Assembly: GCA_038087875.1 (NCBI GenBank)
Contig: CM075990.1
Location: forward strand, 8,930,001 to 8,994,000
Origin: Malacoraja senta
Taxonomy: Eukaryota
Length of the DNA stretch: 64,000 nucleotides
Direction of reading: 5' to 3'
Both the position numbers and the translations under genes were made by a program. The notes under the pieces are model-generated. The model saw nothing but the letters and a program-made list of their open reading frames with translations, ran no database searches and was not told the origin of the DNA. Position 1 is the first letter of the stretch. Each line of letters begins with the position of its first letter. Shown piece by piece: positions 27,251-38,964 of this stretch.

Positions 27251-29514
27251 CAAGTTTATTACACATGACCTACCCTAACAAATGCATGCTGGCTCCATCT
27301 AATCAGCATCAATTTCTCTGGGTGCACAGTCTCTTTGTCCTTAATTATAGATTCCAATAACTTCCTGTAACAGCTGTTAGACTAACAGGTCTATAATTTC
27401 TTGGTTCCTCTCTCATGCCTTTCATGAACAGCAACAGATGGAAGAGAATACAGTTGCAATTGCAAATCACAAGGGCAGCAGAGATCTGACATTCCCATCA
27501 GTTACACTTTATCCAGCAGTCAAGAGATTTCTGTTGCTTGACTTGAAGGATTCATTAAATTACGACATTCCCACAGACGCCCTGAGTTTTGCAGACATCA
27601 GAAGTAAACCAGGGTAATAAAATGACTGCTCATCCAAGAAAAATTAGAATATGCTACATAGTCCGTTAGAAGTTGCAAAATGTTTACATCCTACAAATTA
27701 ACCTCCATTTCTTTTTATTTTGCTACAACCAAATTAGCTTTTCATGTTAAAATGGTTAGCAACTGGGAGATCCAGTATGTCCTGGTGGACAGAACACAAG
27801 TGTTCTGCAAAAAAATGGCCTGCCAAGCCACCCTCATGGGTATCCACCTATCATTCACCAGGCTTTATCCTGCCCATCCTCTGAATCAGCTTTCTTCCCC
27901 CTCCTCCCACTACAATCAGGATCCTGAGCTGAAACATGTTCTCCAGAGATGCTGCCTGCCCCGCCGAGTTACTCCAACACTTTGTGCCTTTTAAAAAAAT
28001 CTGCAGTCCCTTGCTTCTCCATTTTACCACTTTCTTTGTTCGGTTTCCCCCAATAATTCTTTGCACAGAATGTCTATCCCTGCCATTGCAGAGTGGTTTG
28101 GAAGGGTGATAGGCCTGAGAGGAATCTGTATTAGGCGGGTAGGGGAAAGGATGTTGGGTTGGGTGTCAGGGGTTATGGGGAGAAGGCAGGGGAATGGGGT
28201 TCGGAGGAAGAGATAGATCGACCATGATTAAATGGCAGAGTAGCCCTGATGGGCTGAATGGACTAATTCTGCTCCTATCACTTAAGATGCACTCAGCACT
28301 CTCTGCCCTCAAAGTAGGCAAAAAGTATTTAGTCACCTTGCTAAGTCTGATTTAGTGGGCTGTCAAGGTTGTCAAAAGTATTAAATGTTTCTGACATTCA
28401 AATACATTTGAATAGTTTGAATAATTTTATCTTTGAAAGCTGCTACATTCAGAAACATTCAGAATCAAAAAAACTATTCCAATCGTTAAACATATATAAA
28501 ATATTAATTTAAAAAAAATAGAACATTAAATTAAATAAATACATAAGTACACCTCAACATTGATAAATTAAATAATTTGGGAATATTCTATAACATTTAA
28601 GATTTAACCTAATCCCTGGTAGACATTCCCCTTCACAATCAGAGAAGCTAATTCTACTGCAGAGTCAAGCTTCGATGGATTTGTCACTGCTATTGGTGAG
28701 TAATTTCTACAACTTCGAAGTGTGGACAGTCCCATGGGGAAATGTCAACATAAACATTGCAAGTTGGACGCATTTCTCACTAAATTCTAATGGTGACTAA
28801 ATCCAGAGATAGTCCCCTGCAGTTTCTGGTTTTGTTTGATGTATCGGACTGAGGATTAGTGCAAGGCTTCACATTGTTATATCCGGAGACCTATTTTGCA
28901 AATAATCTTGCAAACATTTTATGATAATCTACATTCCTCCGAATTTACCTGTGCAAATGGTCATGAAAAATCATTGCCTAAGTCATCTGGCCACGGAGAG
29001 GGAATTGTCCAGATTATTATGCACAACATTGTAAGCATGTTCACTTACAATACATTTATCATTTGCTTCCCTTTGTCAGAATTTCCCCTCTTGTCAGGAT
29101 TCTGTTATTTTATCTTAGATAAATAAATGTGGATTTAAATATGTTGCAGATACTTAACTGAAGGCTCTCTCTCTTTCTCCCTCTCCTCTCCCTCTCCCTC
29201 TCCCTCTCCCTCTCCCTCTTTCTCTCTCACCATTTCAGTTTCCGTTTTAATTCAGTTTATTGTCATGTGTACCGAGGTACAGTTCATTCATTTCTGGAAT
29301 ATGTTTCATTGGCAAATCTTCAATTACTGCCCATTCCAAATCGGGAGAACTGGTGGCAAGAATCACCTTCTTGAACTGTTGTGGTCTACCTTGTGGTCAA
29401 CCGGCAGCTCCACTTACAATCTCCAAGCCCACACATTCTTCCTCTCTCCCTGACAGGAGAATGGTAAAGTGGAACAGAACTGTCTTCACACCTGGGACCT
29501 CCCCTTAGACTTAA

Positions 29515-29832
29515 GGGCCCGTCCCACTGTACGAGGTAATTCAAGAGCTCTCCCGAGTAAATTTAAAAAAAATCGAACTCGTGATAAGCACGTAGAATAT
29601 ACGTAGCGGTTACGTCAGAGCTCGGGACGTCTCTTAGCGGCTCGTAACGCTAACGGCAGGTACTCGGGAAACGCAGTAAGCTCGTGAAGATTCGTGAAGA
29701 TTTTTCAACATGTTGAAAAATGTCCACGAGAGCCCAGAGTACCTACGAGCGGCTATTATCGTAATTCTCCAAGTTCGAATCAGGGGAAACTCGGGAGAAC
29801 TCTTGAATTAGCTCATACAGTTGGACAGGCCC
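29515..29832. mobile_element. MITE, PIF/Harbinger-like
   Basis: TIRs GGGCCCGTCCCACTGTACGAG..AATTCAAGAG / CTCTTGAATT..CTCATACAGTTGGACAGGCCC, preceded by TAA; no ORF. Confidence 0.75.
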
Positions 29833-30602
29833 TTCAGAGTAAATCTTGACATTTACCTCAATTTATTTCCACTTGGTTTCTTTCATCACCTCAAGCTGTT
29901 TTCTAATAGTTAACGGGCACATAAACATTTTTTCTTTGCACAAAATGGATGCGCTCCTGTAGCAATGTTTACTGGAGCAAACATGGCTGCGTTACTAAAT
30001 CTCAGGCAGTGGTCGATCTGCGTTTCACACGCGGAGATGTCATAAATTACCCGCTCCTTGATCAGTCATTAAATGCCACATCAGCTATACAGCAGGCTCG
30101 AAATCAATGGCACTTTTCTCCAGAGCTTGCGTGGTGCAAACTGTTCCACTAACAGGCTGTTAGTTTCCAATCCCAATCTATCTATAGATTCACATTATAT
30201 ATATATATAGAAACACAAGTGCCGGAAAACTTTTACCACAAGCTGTGGCATTAATTCAAAGCCAGCCTTTTACCTGAATTGAATATTGATTTGTGCAGTA
30301 ACTTTGCTTAAAGAAAGGAAACTTCACCATGAATCAATTGAAAGCTTAAGTAAACCAATCATCAGTGGTGCAGCTGTACCGACTCACAATGCAAAATGAC
30401 AACTCATCGATATGTGTCGTTTGACCTCAAGTCTCTGCAGAGTGCAGAATCACATGGCCATGATTAGTTGCAAGTCCTTTGAGTTGGAGTTGTGGGGGGC
30501 TTGTAGAGAGGAGAGGATAGAGGTGGTGAGGTGGAAATGGTCAAGGTTTCTATTTCCAATTGCTTTCCCAAAACCGTTGCCTTTAACGACAGGGATATGG
30601 AA

Positions 30603-30975
30603 GATAGACACCAAAAAAACTGGAGTATCTCAGCGGGACAGGCAGTATCTCTGGAGAGAAGGAATGGGTGATGTTTCGGGTCGAGACCCTTCTTCAGACA
30701 GGGATATGGATCTGAACACGAACGTACTGAAATGTGTGACCCCAAAAATCTGGCAAGCAGTAGTGGAAATAATAAAAAGACACAAAGTGCTGGAGTAACT
30801 TGCTGAGTCTGCATCCCTGGAAAATCTGGATGGGTGGCATTTTGGGTCAGGACTCCTCTTCTGAGCCTTCTCTTGAAGAAGGGTCTTGACCCAAAATGTC
30901 TCCTATCCATGTTCTCCTGAGATGCAGTATGACTTGCTTAGTTACTCCAGCACTTAGTGTCTTTTTTTGTAAACC
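30603..30975. mobile_element. Penelope-like pLTR fragments (one minus copy plus an inverted pair)
   Basis: pLTR motifs at 30603-30700 and 30775-30975. Confidence 0.65.
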
Positions 30976-31007
30976 AGTAACACCAAAACATAACCAAAAC
31001 AGAGTGA

Positions 31008-31339
31008 GGCACAGTGGCACAGCAGGTAGTGCTGCTGCCTCACAGCGCCAGAGACACGGGTTTGATCCTGACCTCAAGTATTGTCTGTGTGGGGTTTGCG
31101 CATTTATCCCTATGACCATGTGGGTTTCCTTTGGGTGCTCCGGTTTCCTCCCACATCCCAAAGACGTGTTTGTTTGTAGGTTAATTGGCCTCTGCAAAGC
31201 AGCCCATAGTCTGTCAGGAGTGAATGTATTAGTGGGATAACAGAACTATGAGAGTGAGTGATCGGTGGACGGTATGGGCCGGTGGGATGAAGGGCCTGTT
31301 TCCATGCTGTATCTCTAAACTAAACTAATCTAAACTAAA
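31008..31339 (+). mobile_element. tRNA-derived SINE (second subfamily)
   Basis: Family match, (CTAAA)n tail. Confidence 0.82.
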
Positions 31340-31384
31340 TGTTGACACTGTACCAGTACACTGTACCCAGGACCCCAATACACT

Positions 31385-31704
31385 GTGACTGTACGAGTTC
31401 ATTCAAGAGTTCTCCTCGAGTTTGCCCTGATTCGAACTCGGAGATTTATGGTAATGGCCGTTCATAAGTACTCGGGGCTCTCGTGGACATTTTTCAACAT
31501 GTTGAAAAATCTTCACGAGTCTTCCCGAGCTTACCTGCCATTAGCGAGTCTTCCCGAGTACCTTACGTTAGCGTTACGAGCCGTTAAGAGACGTCCCCGA
31601 GCTCCGACGTACCCACTACGTTCATTCTACGTGCTTACCACGAGTTTGATTATTTTTTAAATTCGGGAGAGCTCTTGAATGAACTTGTACAGTGGGACAG
31701 GGCC
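31385..31704. mobile_element. MITE, same family as 29515, opposite orientation, left tip damaged
   Basis: Body is the reverse complement of 29515-29832; ends ACAGTGGGACAGGGCC. Confidence 0.75.
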
Positions 31705-32109
31705 ATTAGACTGTAATTCAGATGTCTCTGCCTGTAACCCAACAATGGACCTTTACCACTGTATCAGGAACACAAAATCCCAGGACATGACATCACAACA
31801 TCAAACTCTCATGGTGAAGCCTCACACTAAATTACAAGCAATCTTAGCTATGTACTCCAATAGAGAAAACAGCAATGAAACTCAACACAGCACCCAATAT
31901 TAATTTCTAATACCAAGCTCCAAAGCCATACCTCAATTCTGAGCCTAAGTCATTGGCGTGGTGCAGACCCCCATCACTGAACCTCAAGACTAAAACACAA
32001 CACTGAACCATAACACGGAACAATAGTCAATGCACAACATATCCACATCAAACGTCAACTACACCCCAACACCAGGTTTGTATCGCAACTAAAGGCCCCT
32101 GTGGTGAAA

Positions 32110-32530
32110 TACACAGAAGATTTATGAGGATGTTGCCAGGACTGAGCAACAGGAGAGGTTGAGTAGGCTGGGACTCTATTCCTTGAAGCACAGGAGGACG
32201 AGGGGTGATCTTATAGAGATGTATCAAATCAGAGTTTCTTGCCCGGAGTAGGTGAATCTAGGACCAGAGGGCACAGGTGAAGGGGAAAGGATTTAATAGG
32301 AATCTGAGGAGTAACCTGTTCACACAAAGGGTGGTTGGTGTATGGAACGAGGTGCCAGAGGAGGTAGTTGAGACTGGGACTATCCCAACATTTAAGAAAC
32401 AGTTAGGTCAGGTTTGGAGAGATATGGACCAATCTCGAGCAGGTTGGACTAGATTAGCTGGGACATGTTGGGCCGAGTGGGCAACTTGGGGCGAAGGTCC
32501 TGTTTCCACACTGAATAACTCTATGACTCT
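32110..32530 (+). mobile_element. CR1 LINE 3' fragment
   Basis: KGKGFNRNLRSNLFTQRVVGVWNE. Confidence 0.75.
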
Positions 32531-33920
32531 TTGAACATAATGCCTCACCAAAATACCTGACTACCATCTCACAACATACCCTAGTCCTAACCTCCTTGTC
32601 TAATGAAACCACCTACCTTGCTAGCTTTCACTTGCCTTCAGAATCTTCCTAAAAATTCTAGTCCATAGAAAGAACAACAAAATCTATGTGGTTTGAATGT
32701 GATTGGCATTCCGTCCATCATCATGTCCATCCAGTACCAGCAGACTGTTACTGCATGGCACATCACCACTAGATTCACAGCAGCAGCTCACCTTCCTCTC
32801 CCAAGCCATTGAAAAAGACCAGGAAATGCCAGCAAACATCTTATAACATCTCCCTCCTTTCAGAAACCATTCTGACAAAACTAGATTCCTACAACTTCAT
32901 CATCACTGGGTCTAAGTCCTGGGTCTCCTCACTCATTTGCACTGCGAAGCACCCTATCCATTGTAATGGTTCCAGCAGGTAGTCACACCACCTTCTCAAA
33001 GTCAAATAAGGACAAGCATCCAGTCTGACTTTGCCAGTGATAAATAAAGGACAAAACAAACAGTGAAGACTGTCAGTCACGGTAACAACTTGGATTAATA
33101 GAACAATGTGTTTTCAAAGCACATCGTTGAAACCAAGAAGCTGAAAGCTGGGTAATGAATTTGGGTGCTGCAATGGTTTAGTGCACTACCCACACCTTGT
33201 CCTGACCCGTGTCTGTTCTGTGTCTTGTTTGTGGAACATGAATTCAGCCTAACCCGAAGCTAGTTGCTCAGGCAACAAGGTGAACAAATGAGAGTTTACT
33301 CTGAGAGGCCAGGGACGTTCAAACAAGTAGCAATATCCCACTGGGACTCCATTTGAGTCATTTAAAACAAGCCAAAGACTCTGCACCACCTTCTGACTCT
33401 ATCCCCCATAGGGTCAGAAGGCTGTAGTGTTTCCCTGCCTATACTTCTCTTCATCAAGGATAAAACTTCACCAAAAGTGCTTACAGTTAAGTCCAGAGTG
33501 AAACAGTCTAGGGCGAACCATTGTGGCTGAGCCTCAAGAGAACATCAGCTTGATTCGGGGAGCTTACATCTTGAGTGGAAATATGGATCTGGCATCCCAA
33601 TAGAGTGCTTTGCCAGTTCCTTAGTAACCATCACCTTGGTGACCAAATGGATCTTAGAACAATTCCTGTAAGGGAAGAAATTCATCCAGGACAAAAAAAC
33701 ACAGATTTTACTTCGGAGTCACGTGAGTGATTACGTGAAGAACCCGTCCAGCACGCTTGCGCGACATTTAGCGTTCACGCAGTGCAACAGCAACGAACGG
33801 GAGTACAGGCACTCCCGCTACAAGTTTAAAAAAGCTGACTATCGGGTAAGTACTTACTCTGAGGTCGTACTTAGGAAGCTTTGCTCTGCTTTGTGAATTC
33901 CAGGTTGAAGAAGCTGGAAA

Positions 33921-35159
33921 ATGAGCAAAGCACGGCAAGGGAAAAAGACCGGCCCCCGTTCTACTCCAACAGAACAGGAGTGTCCCATCAGTGGGGGGCG
34001 AGAGGCAGCACCTGGACCGCACATGCTGGTAGTCACAATCATTGAGACCAAGCCGAGCCCAGTACCGCTAGCGCAGCCTGACCAACAGCAGTGGACTGGA
34101 GGTAAATCAAAATGAAAAACTGACCGACCGGTGATATCTGATAACTCCGATGAGGAAGACTCTCCGCCTGAGAGCGGCAGAGGTAGCCGCCTGAGCCACA
34201 TGGAAAGGCTCATGGAGCAAATGCTCCAGCGAGACTTGCTTCGGGAGCTGGAGCAGTCTCGCCAAGGGAATTCAGGCACTCCCACACCAGTGCCTTACAA
34301 TGCACTGGCCATCGCTTCCCCCTCAGCCGAGGGCAGCGTTGGCGACCAGGGCTGGGCTGGCCAGTAACAGGGGTCATTGGCCAAAGATATCGGGAGTACG
34401 CATGGGGTACAAGACCAGGAAGAGCTGCTGGGTGTGGTGAATCGCTACGTGACTACACCACGAGCAGGGCGGCCGTTGCAGCCAAAACTGGCGGCCAGCA
34501 TTGACTACCTATCCCTCAAACCCCTACAAGAACAGGTAGTCAATGAGGCACTAGAGCTCTACTCGCCTCCAGAGAACTGCAGTTCACTCAACGTACCGGC
34601 CGTTAACAGCCAAATCTGGGGGTAAGTTGGACAGAGTATCCGGAACCAGGAGCTAAAATTACAGCGTATCCTCAAGCTCCTGACGACAGGTATAACATCC
34701 TATCCTCGTTCCGTGGATGGGGTGGATATGACCACCAACCAGCAAGACACTCTGGCTCTGCTGTGCAACACCCAATATGAGATAAACAACCTCCGCAAGG
34801 AGATAATAAGACCTGCCCTCAATCCCAAATATGCAGGACTGTGCAAAACACCGGCCTCAGAGCCACAGATCCTGTTATTTGGAAAGGACTTGTCAAAACA
34901 AGTGAAAGACCTGGAGGAAGAGTCCAAAGCATTCGGCCTCATGAGGGCAGGCCCCGGAACGAGCAGACCCACACAACCCAGACGGCAGTACCCCACCGCG
35001 TCCACCAGTCGACGTCAAACTTATGGGACTGGTGAAAGCTCGGGGTCGGCATACCATCCCCGAAAGCCTTTTTTAGGCCAGGGCCCAGAGCGGACCCCAT
35101 GGAAAATGCGCCACCCCCAACCAGCAGCGCATCCAGCAGCACAACGACGGATGAAGTAA
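33921..35159 (+). pseudogene. DIRS A ORF1 (gag-like), interrupted by in-frame stops
   Basis: ORF pieces 33921-34115, 34131-34367, 34377-34625 and 34713-35159 are all in one frame and homologous to copy B gag (RLSxMERLMEQMLQRDLLRE, LNVPAVNSQIWG, QQDTLALLCNTQYEIN). Confidence 0.85.
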
Positions 35160-37117
35160 CCGAAGAAAGGAACACTACCATAACTATGGAGGTAGGTGGG
35201 TCTGGTTCCTACCAGCATATAAAAAGTGGGGGAACTGTACTAACAGGGGGGAGATTACACCTGTTCATTGAAGCATGGAGGTCTATCACGAATGATAGTT
35301 ATATACTTAACAGTATTCGTGGATACAAAATAGAGTTCATTCAAGAAAATATGCCACCAGTTCAGCATGTACCCCAAAGGGTCTTTACCCTCTCAGTCAA
35401 AGAAAAACTAGAGGGTCAAGCAGAACTGGTGAGGTTACTTACAAAGGGTATCATTGAGAAATCCAAACATGAACCTTTGGAATTTGTCTCAAATATATTT
35501 ACCAAAAACAAAAAAGATGGTGGATGTCGCATCATCATTGACTTAACCTCACTAAATACCTTTGTTAAGTATATACATTTCAAAATGGAAACATTTGTAA
35601 CTGCCAAACAACTGATTTCCAAAGGATACTTTATGGCAAGCATTGATTTAAAAGATGCCTACTATACAGTACCCATTCAAAAGGGTCATCGCAGATACCT
35701 GAAATTTACCTGGATGGGGCAACTATGGCAGTTTAAAGCGTTGCCTAATGGGTTGACATCAGCCCCTAGACTATTTACCAAGATATTAAAACCAGCCTTG
35801 GCAACATTAAAAAAACAGAGACATATTGTCATGGCATATCTTGATGATATTCTAATAGTAGGCAAAACCATGGAATTGGCTAAATCAGCTGTATTAGCTA
35901 CCAAACAATTGTTTGAAACCCTGGGATTTGTCTTACATCCAGATAAATCTAAGTTGACGCCATCCACAACTATGGACTATCTGGGTTTCACAATTAACTC
36001 AGTCCACATGTCTGTAACGTTGCCAAAAGATAAAGCAGCAGAATTGGCACAGACGTGTAACAATTTAATGGTTAGCTATCGACCAACCATCCGACAAGTG
36101 GCAAGAGTAATTGGCAAAATGGTAGCAGCATTTCCAGCTACACAATTTGGACCTCTGCACTATCAAAACCTACAAAGGGCAAACGTACAGGCGTTAAAAC
36201 GACATGCAGGTCACATTGACCAAACCATGAAATTACCCATTGAAGCAATATCAGAGTTACAATGGTGGATAGAGCACATTTGGCATAGTTCCAGCCCTAT
36301 CATCATCAATAACCCAACGTTAACTATACAAACAGATGCCAGTGCTCAAGGCTGGGGAGCAACTAATACCATATCCAGCACAGGTAGTAGATGGACTAAC
36401 CTAGAATCATCTTTACTACAAACACTGGGCATAAATTATTTGGAAATGTTGGGTGCGTTTTATGGTTTAAAAGCATATTCTACGAATATGCACCATTTGC
36501 ATGTTCGTTTACAGATTGATAATACCACGGTGGTGGCCTATATTAACCATATGGGCGGAATAAAATCGATATCATGTGACAATTTGGTCAACAAAATCTG
36601 GCAATGGTGTGTCGATAGACATATTTGGCTATCAGCAACTTACCTACCAGGTAAGCTAAATACAGTGGCAGACACCAGGTCACGCAAATTCAATGATAAC
36701 ACCGAATGGATGTTAAATCCTAAAGCTTTTGCTAAAATTACAAAGCAATATGGCACACCAGATATCAATCACTTTGCATCCAGACTAAATCACCAGGTAC
36801 CAATGTATGTTGACCCTGAGGCAGCAGCGATAGATGCATTCACGCTGAACTGGGGAAACTACTTCTTTTATGCTTTTCCCCCCTTCTGCCTCATCAGTAG
36901 GGTACTACGCAAAATACAGATGGACTCTGCTTCAGGTATTTTGATAGTACCCGACTGGCCTACACAGCCTACACAGCCATGGTTCCCAGTGGTCCTCGAC
37001 ATGGTCATCGAAACTCCTATGACCTTTCCCAGTAGCCCAGACCTATTGACTCACCCGGTATCAAGCATAAGACATCCATGCCATGACAAAATTAACCTAC
37101 TGGGTTGCAGATTATGA
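35099..37117 (+). CDS. DIRS A pol: reverse transcriptase, RNase H and adenine-methyltransferase-like domain (672 aa open frame)
   Basis: RT motifs IDLKDAY, LPNGLTSAP, YLDD; RNase H TDAS..GWG, INYLE, IDN, N.VAD; C-terminal FASRLN..DAF..W..YAFPPF..WPTQPWF. Confidence 0.92.
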   Translation: MENAPPPTSSASSSTTTDEVTEERNTTITMEVGGSGSYQHIKSGGTVLTGGRLHLFIEAWRSITNDSYILNSIRGYKIEFIQENMPPVQHVPQRVFTLSVKEKLEGQAELVRLLTKGIIEKSKHEPLEFVSNIFTKNKKDGGCRIIIDLTSLNTFVKYIHFKMETFVTAKQLISKGYFMASIDLKDAYYTVPIQKGHRRYLKFTWMGQLWQFKALPNGLTSAPRLFTKILKPALATLKKQRHIVMAYLDDILIVGKTMELAKSAVLATKQLFETLGFVLHPDKSKLTPSTTMDYLGFTINSVHMSVTLPKDKAAELAQTCNNLMVSYRPTIRQVARVIGKMVAAFPATQFGPLHYQNLQRANVQALKRHAGHIDQTMKLPIEAISELQWWIEHIWHSSSPIIINNPTLTIQTDASAQGWGATNTISSTGSRWTNLESSLLQTLGINYLEMLGAFYGLKAYSTNMHHLHVRLQIDNTTVVAYINHMGGIKSISCDNLVNKIWQWCVDRHIWLSATYLPGKLNTVADTRSRKFNDNTEWMLNPKAFAKITKQYGTPDINHFASRLNHQVPMYVDPEAAAIDAFTLNWGNYFFYAFPPFCLISRVLRKIQMDSASGILIVPDWPTQPTQPWFPVVLDMVIETPMTFPSSPDLLTHPVSSIRHPCHDKINLLGCRL

Positions 37118-38091
37118 AAAGACCACTGCTGGGCCTGGGATTGTCTGACAGGACCATCAACACGATGACAGCGTCCCACCGTATGTCCACCAGGAAACAA
37201 TACCTATCGAGCATCAGGAAGTGGGAAAGATACTGCTCGAATACTGGGACAACATACTCATCTACAACCATAACCAATGTACTGGAGTTCCTGGCCGGCC
37301 TTCACCATAATGAAGGACTGAGCTACAGCGCCATCAATACTGCCAGAAGTGCTCTGTCAGCCTACTTAAAACAAGCACCAGGACAACAGGCCATAGGGTC
37401 TCACCCATTGGTGATCAAACTCATGAGGGGTATATTCAACTCCAACCCCCCTAGACCTAGGTACACCCAAATCTGGGATGTCAGTGTGGTCCTGACATAA
37501 CTAAGGGGATGGTCACCAGCCAGGCCTCTCACCCTGGAACAGCTAACCCTGAAAACGGTCATGCTGATGGCACTAGTCTCAGCACAAAGAGTCCAGTCCC
37601 TCCACTTACTGCGACTGGACAACATGGTTATAACACCAGACCAGGTCTCATTCACCATTCAGGAGCTGGTAAAGCAGAGCAGGCCAGGAACTTCAGGCCT
37701 AGTTATGGATTTCCGGGCATACCCACCTGACCCACGGTTGTGTGTCATGACTCACTTACTCACTTACATCAACACAACAAGAGATTCCCGAGGGAGAGAA
37801 AAAGCCTTATGGGTCAGCCACAAGAAACCTCATGGTCGGGTGTCGAGCCAAACCATCTCAAGATGGCTCAAGCAGGTACTGGGAGCTGCTGGAGTAGATA
37901 CTGACGTATATACATCTCACTCCACCAGGGCAGCATCCACATCGGCGGCTAAAAGGATGGACGTGCCACTGGACCACATCCTGGCTACAGCGGGGTGGTC
38001 CATGGAGAAAACGTTCCAAACGTTCTACAACAAGCCGCTAGCAGAACCTGTGTTATTTGCAGAAAGAGTTTTAGAATCTGCAAATATATAA
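37105..38091 (+). pseudogene. DIRS A tyrosine recombinase with one premature stop (37498-37500)
   Basis: Catalytic signature R(SAQR)..K(KQSRP)..HSTR..AGW..FY across the same-frame ORFs 37105-37500 and 37561-38091. Confidence 0.9.
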
Positions 38092-38257
38092 TTTAAGCCC
38101 GGGAGAGCATTTTTCTTTTGTTATTGTTTAATAAATACCATTATTGTTTACAAATAGATTCATGGTTGATTACGATAACATACTTCCTCCCTTGAATGAC
38201 TTCGGCAGCGAGTGAAGTATGAACTGTTACACGGTTTGAAATCACAGAGCTTTAAAA

Positions 38258-38370
38258 TCTTCACGTAGTCACTCACGTGACTCCGAAGTAAAATAGTAAG
38301 ATTAAACGAGAACTTACCAGTTTGAAGTTTGATCTGTATTTTATGAAGAGTTATGATGAGGGATTACGTG
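38258..38370 (+). repeat. DIRS A internal complementary region (ICR)
   Basis: 38258-38293 is the reverse complement of the left terminus and 38294-38370 of the right terminus (38514-38590). Confidence 0.92.
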
Positions 38371-38836
38371 CCCTCCGCTCCCACCCTCAATTATAGATCA
38401 ACTGGTATCTTAGTTCTCCTTTTCTTTACTATGTTTATTTCAATTATTGTGTTTCCTGTGATTCCACACCGCTGCTTTGAAGTATGTCGCGCATGCGTGC
38501 TGGACGGGTTCTTCACGTAATCCCTCATCGTAACTCCTCATAAAATACAGATCAAACTTCAAACTGGTAAGTTCTCATTTAATCTTACTATTAATAAGCA
38601 TGTCCTGCCATAACCTCTTTAACATGATCAGTGCAGTAAACACTTTAAACCTGGCCAGATTAAAGATACAGCACGTATTAATTAAATGTGTATTTTGACA
38701 CTCTGCTACAAAAATAATCCATCACAACATTGCTCTGCTAGAACTGTGGTCCTGAGCCATTCATACCACCTTTGTCATCACTACTGATCTAATGAAGTGC
38801 AAACTGCAGAGATCAGAACCCCCATGTAGGAAATTC

Positions 38837-38964
38837 CAACCTTCACGTGGTCTTCCCTGTTTCAACGAATGCAATCAACCTGGCGTGCACAATCAAATAA
38901 GATCAAATGGAACAAATTGTCCTACAACTTTAGGCTGTGCATGCCAGAAGCAAGAAGAAGAAGA
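38837..38964 (+). mobile_element. Second copy of the short (GAA)n-tailed retroposon
   Basis: CAACCTTCACGTGGTC...GTCCTACAACTTTAGGCTGTGCA..AGAAGAAGA; degenerate TSD CCCCAT.TA.GGAAA. Confidence 0.65.

Larger units (their letters stand above)
33705..38592 (+). mobile_element. DIRS1-like tyrosine-recombinase retrotransposon, copy A (full length)
   Basis: Left end ATTTTACTTCGGAGTCACGTG. ITR core 33731-33767 is the reverse complement of 38484-38520. Internal complementary region (ICR) 38258-38370 is complementary to both termini. ORF order is gag, RT-RNaseH-MTase, YR. ATT at both junctions. Confidence 0.96.

Noticed and set aside
33263..33276. RFX X-box-like palindrome GTTGCTCAGGCAAC
   Set aside because: A single short motif without supporting promoter or conservation evidence.
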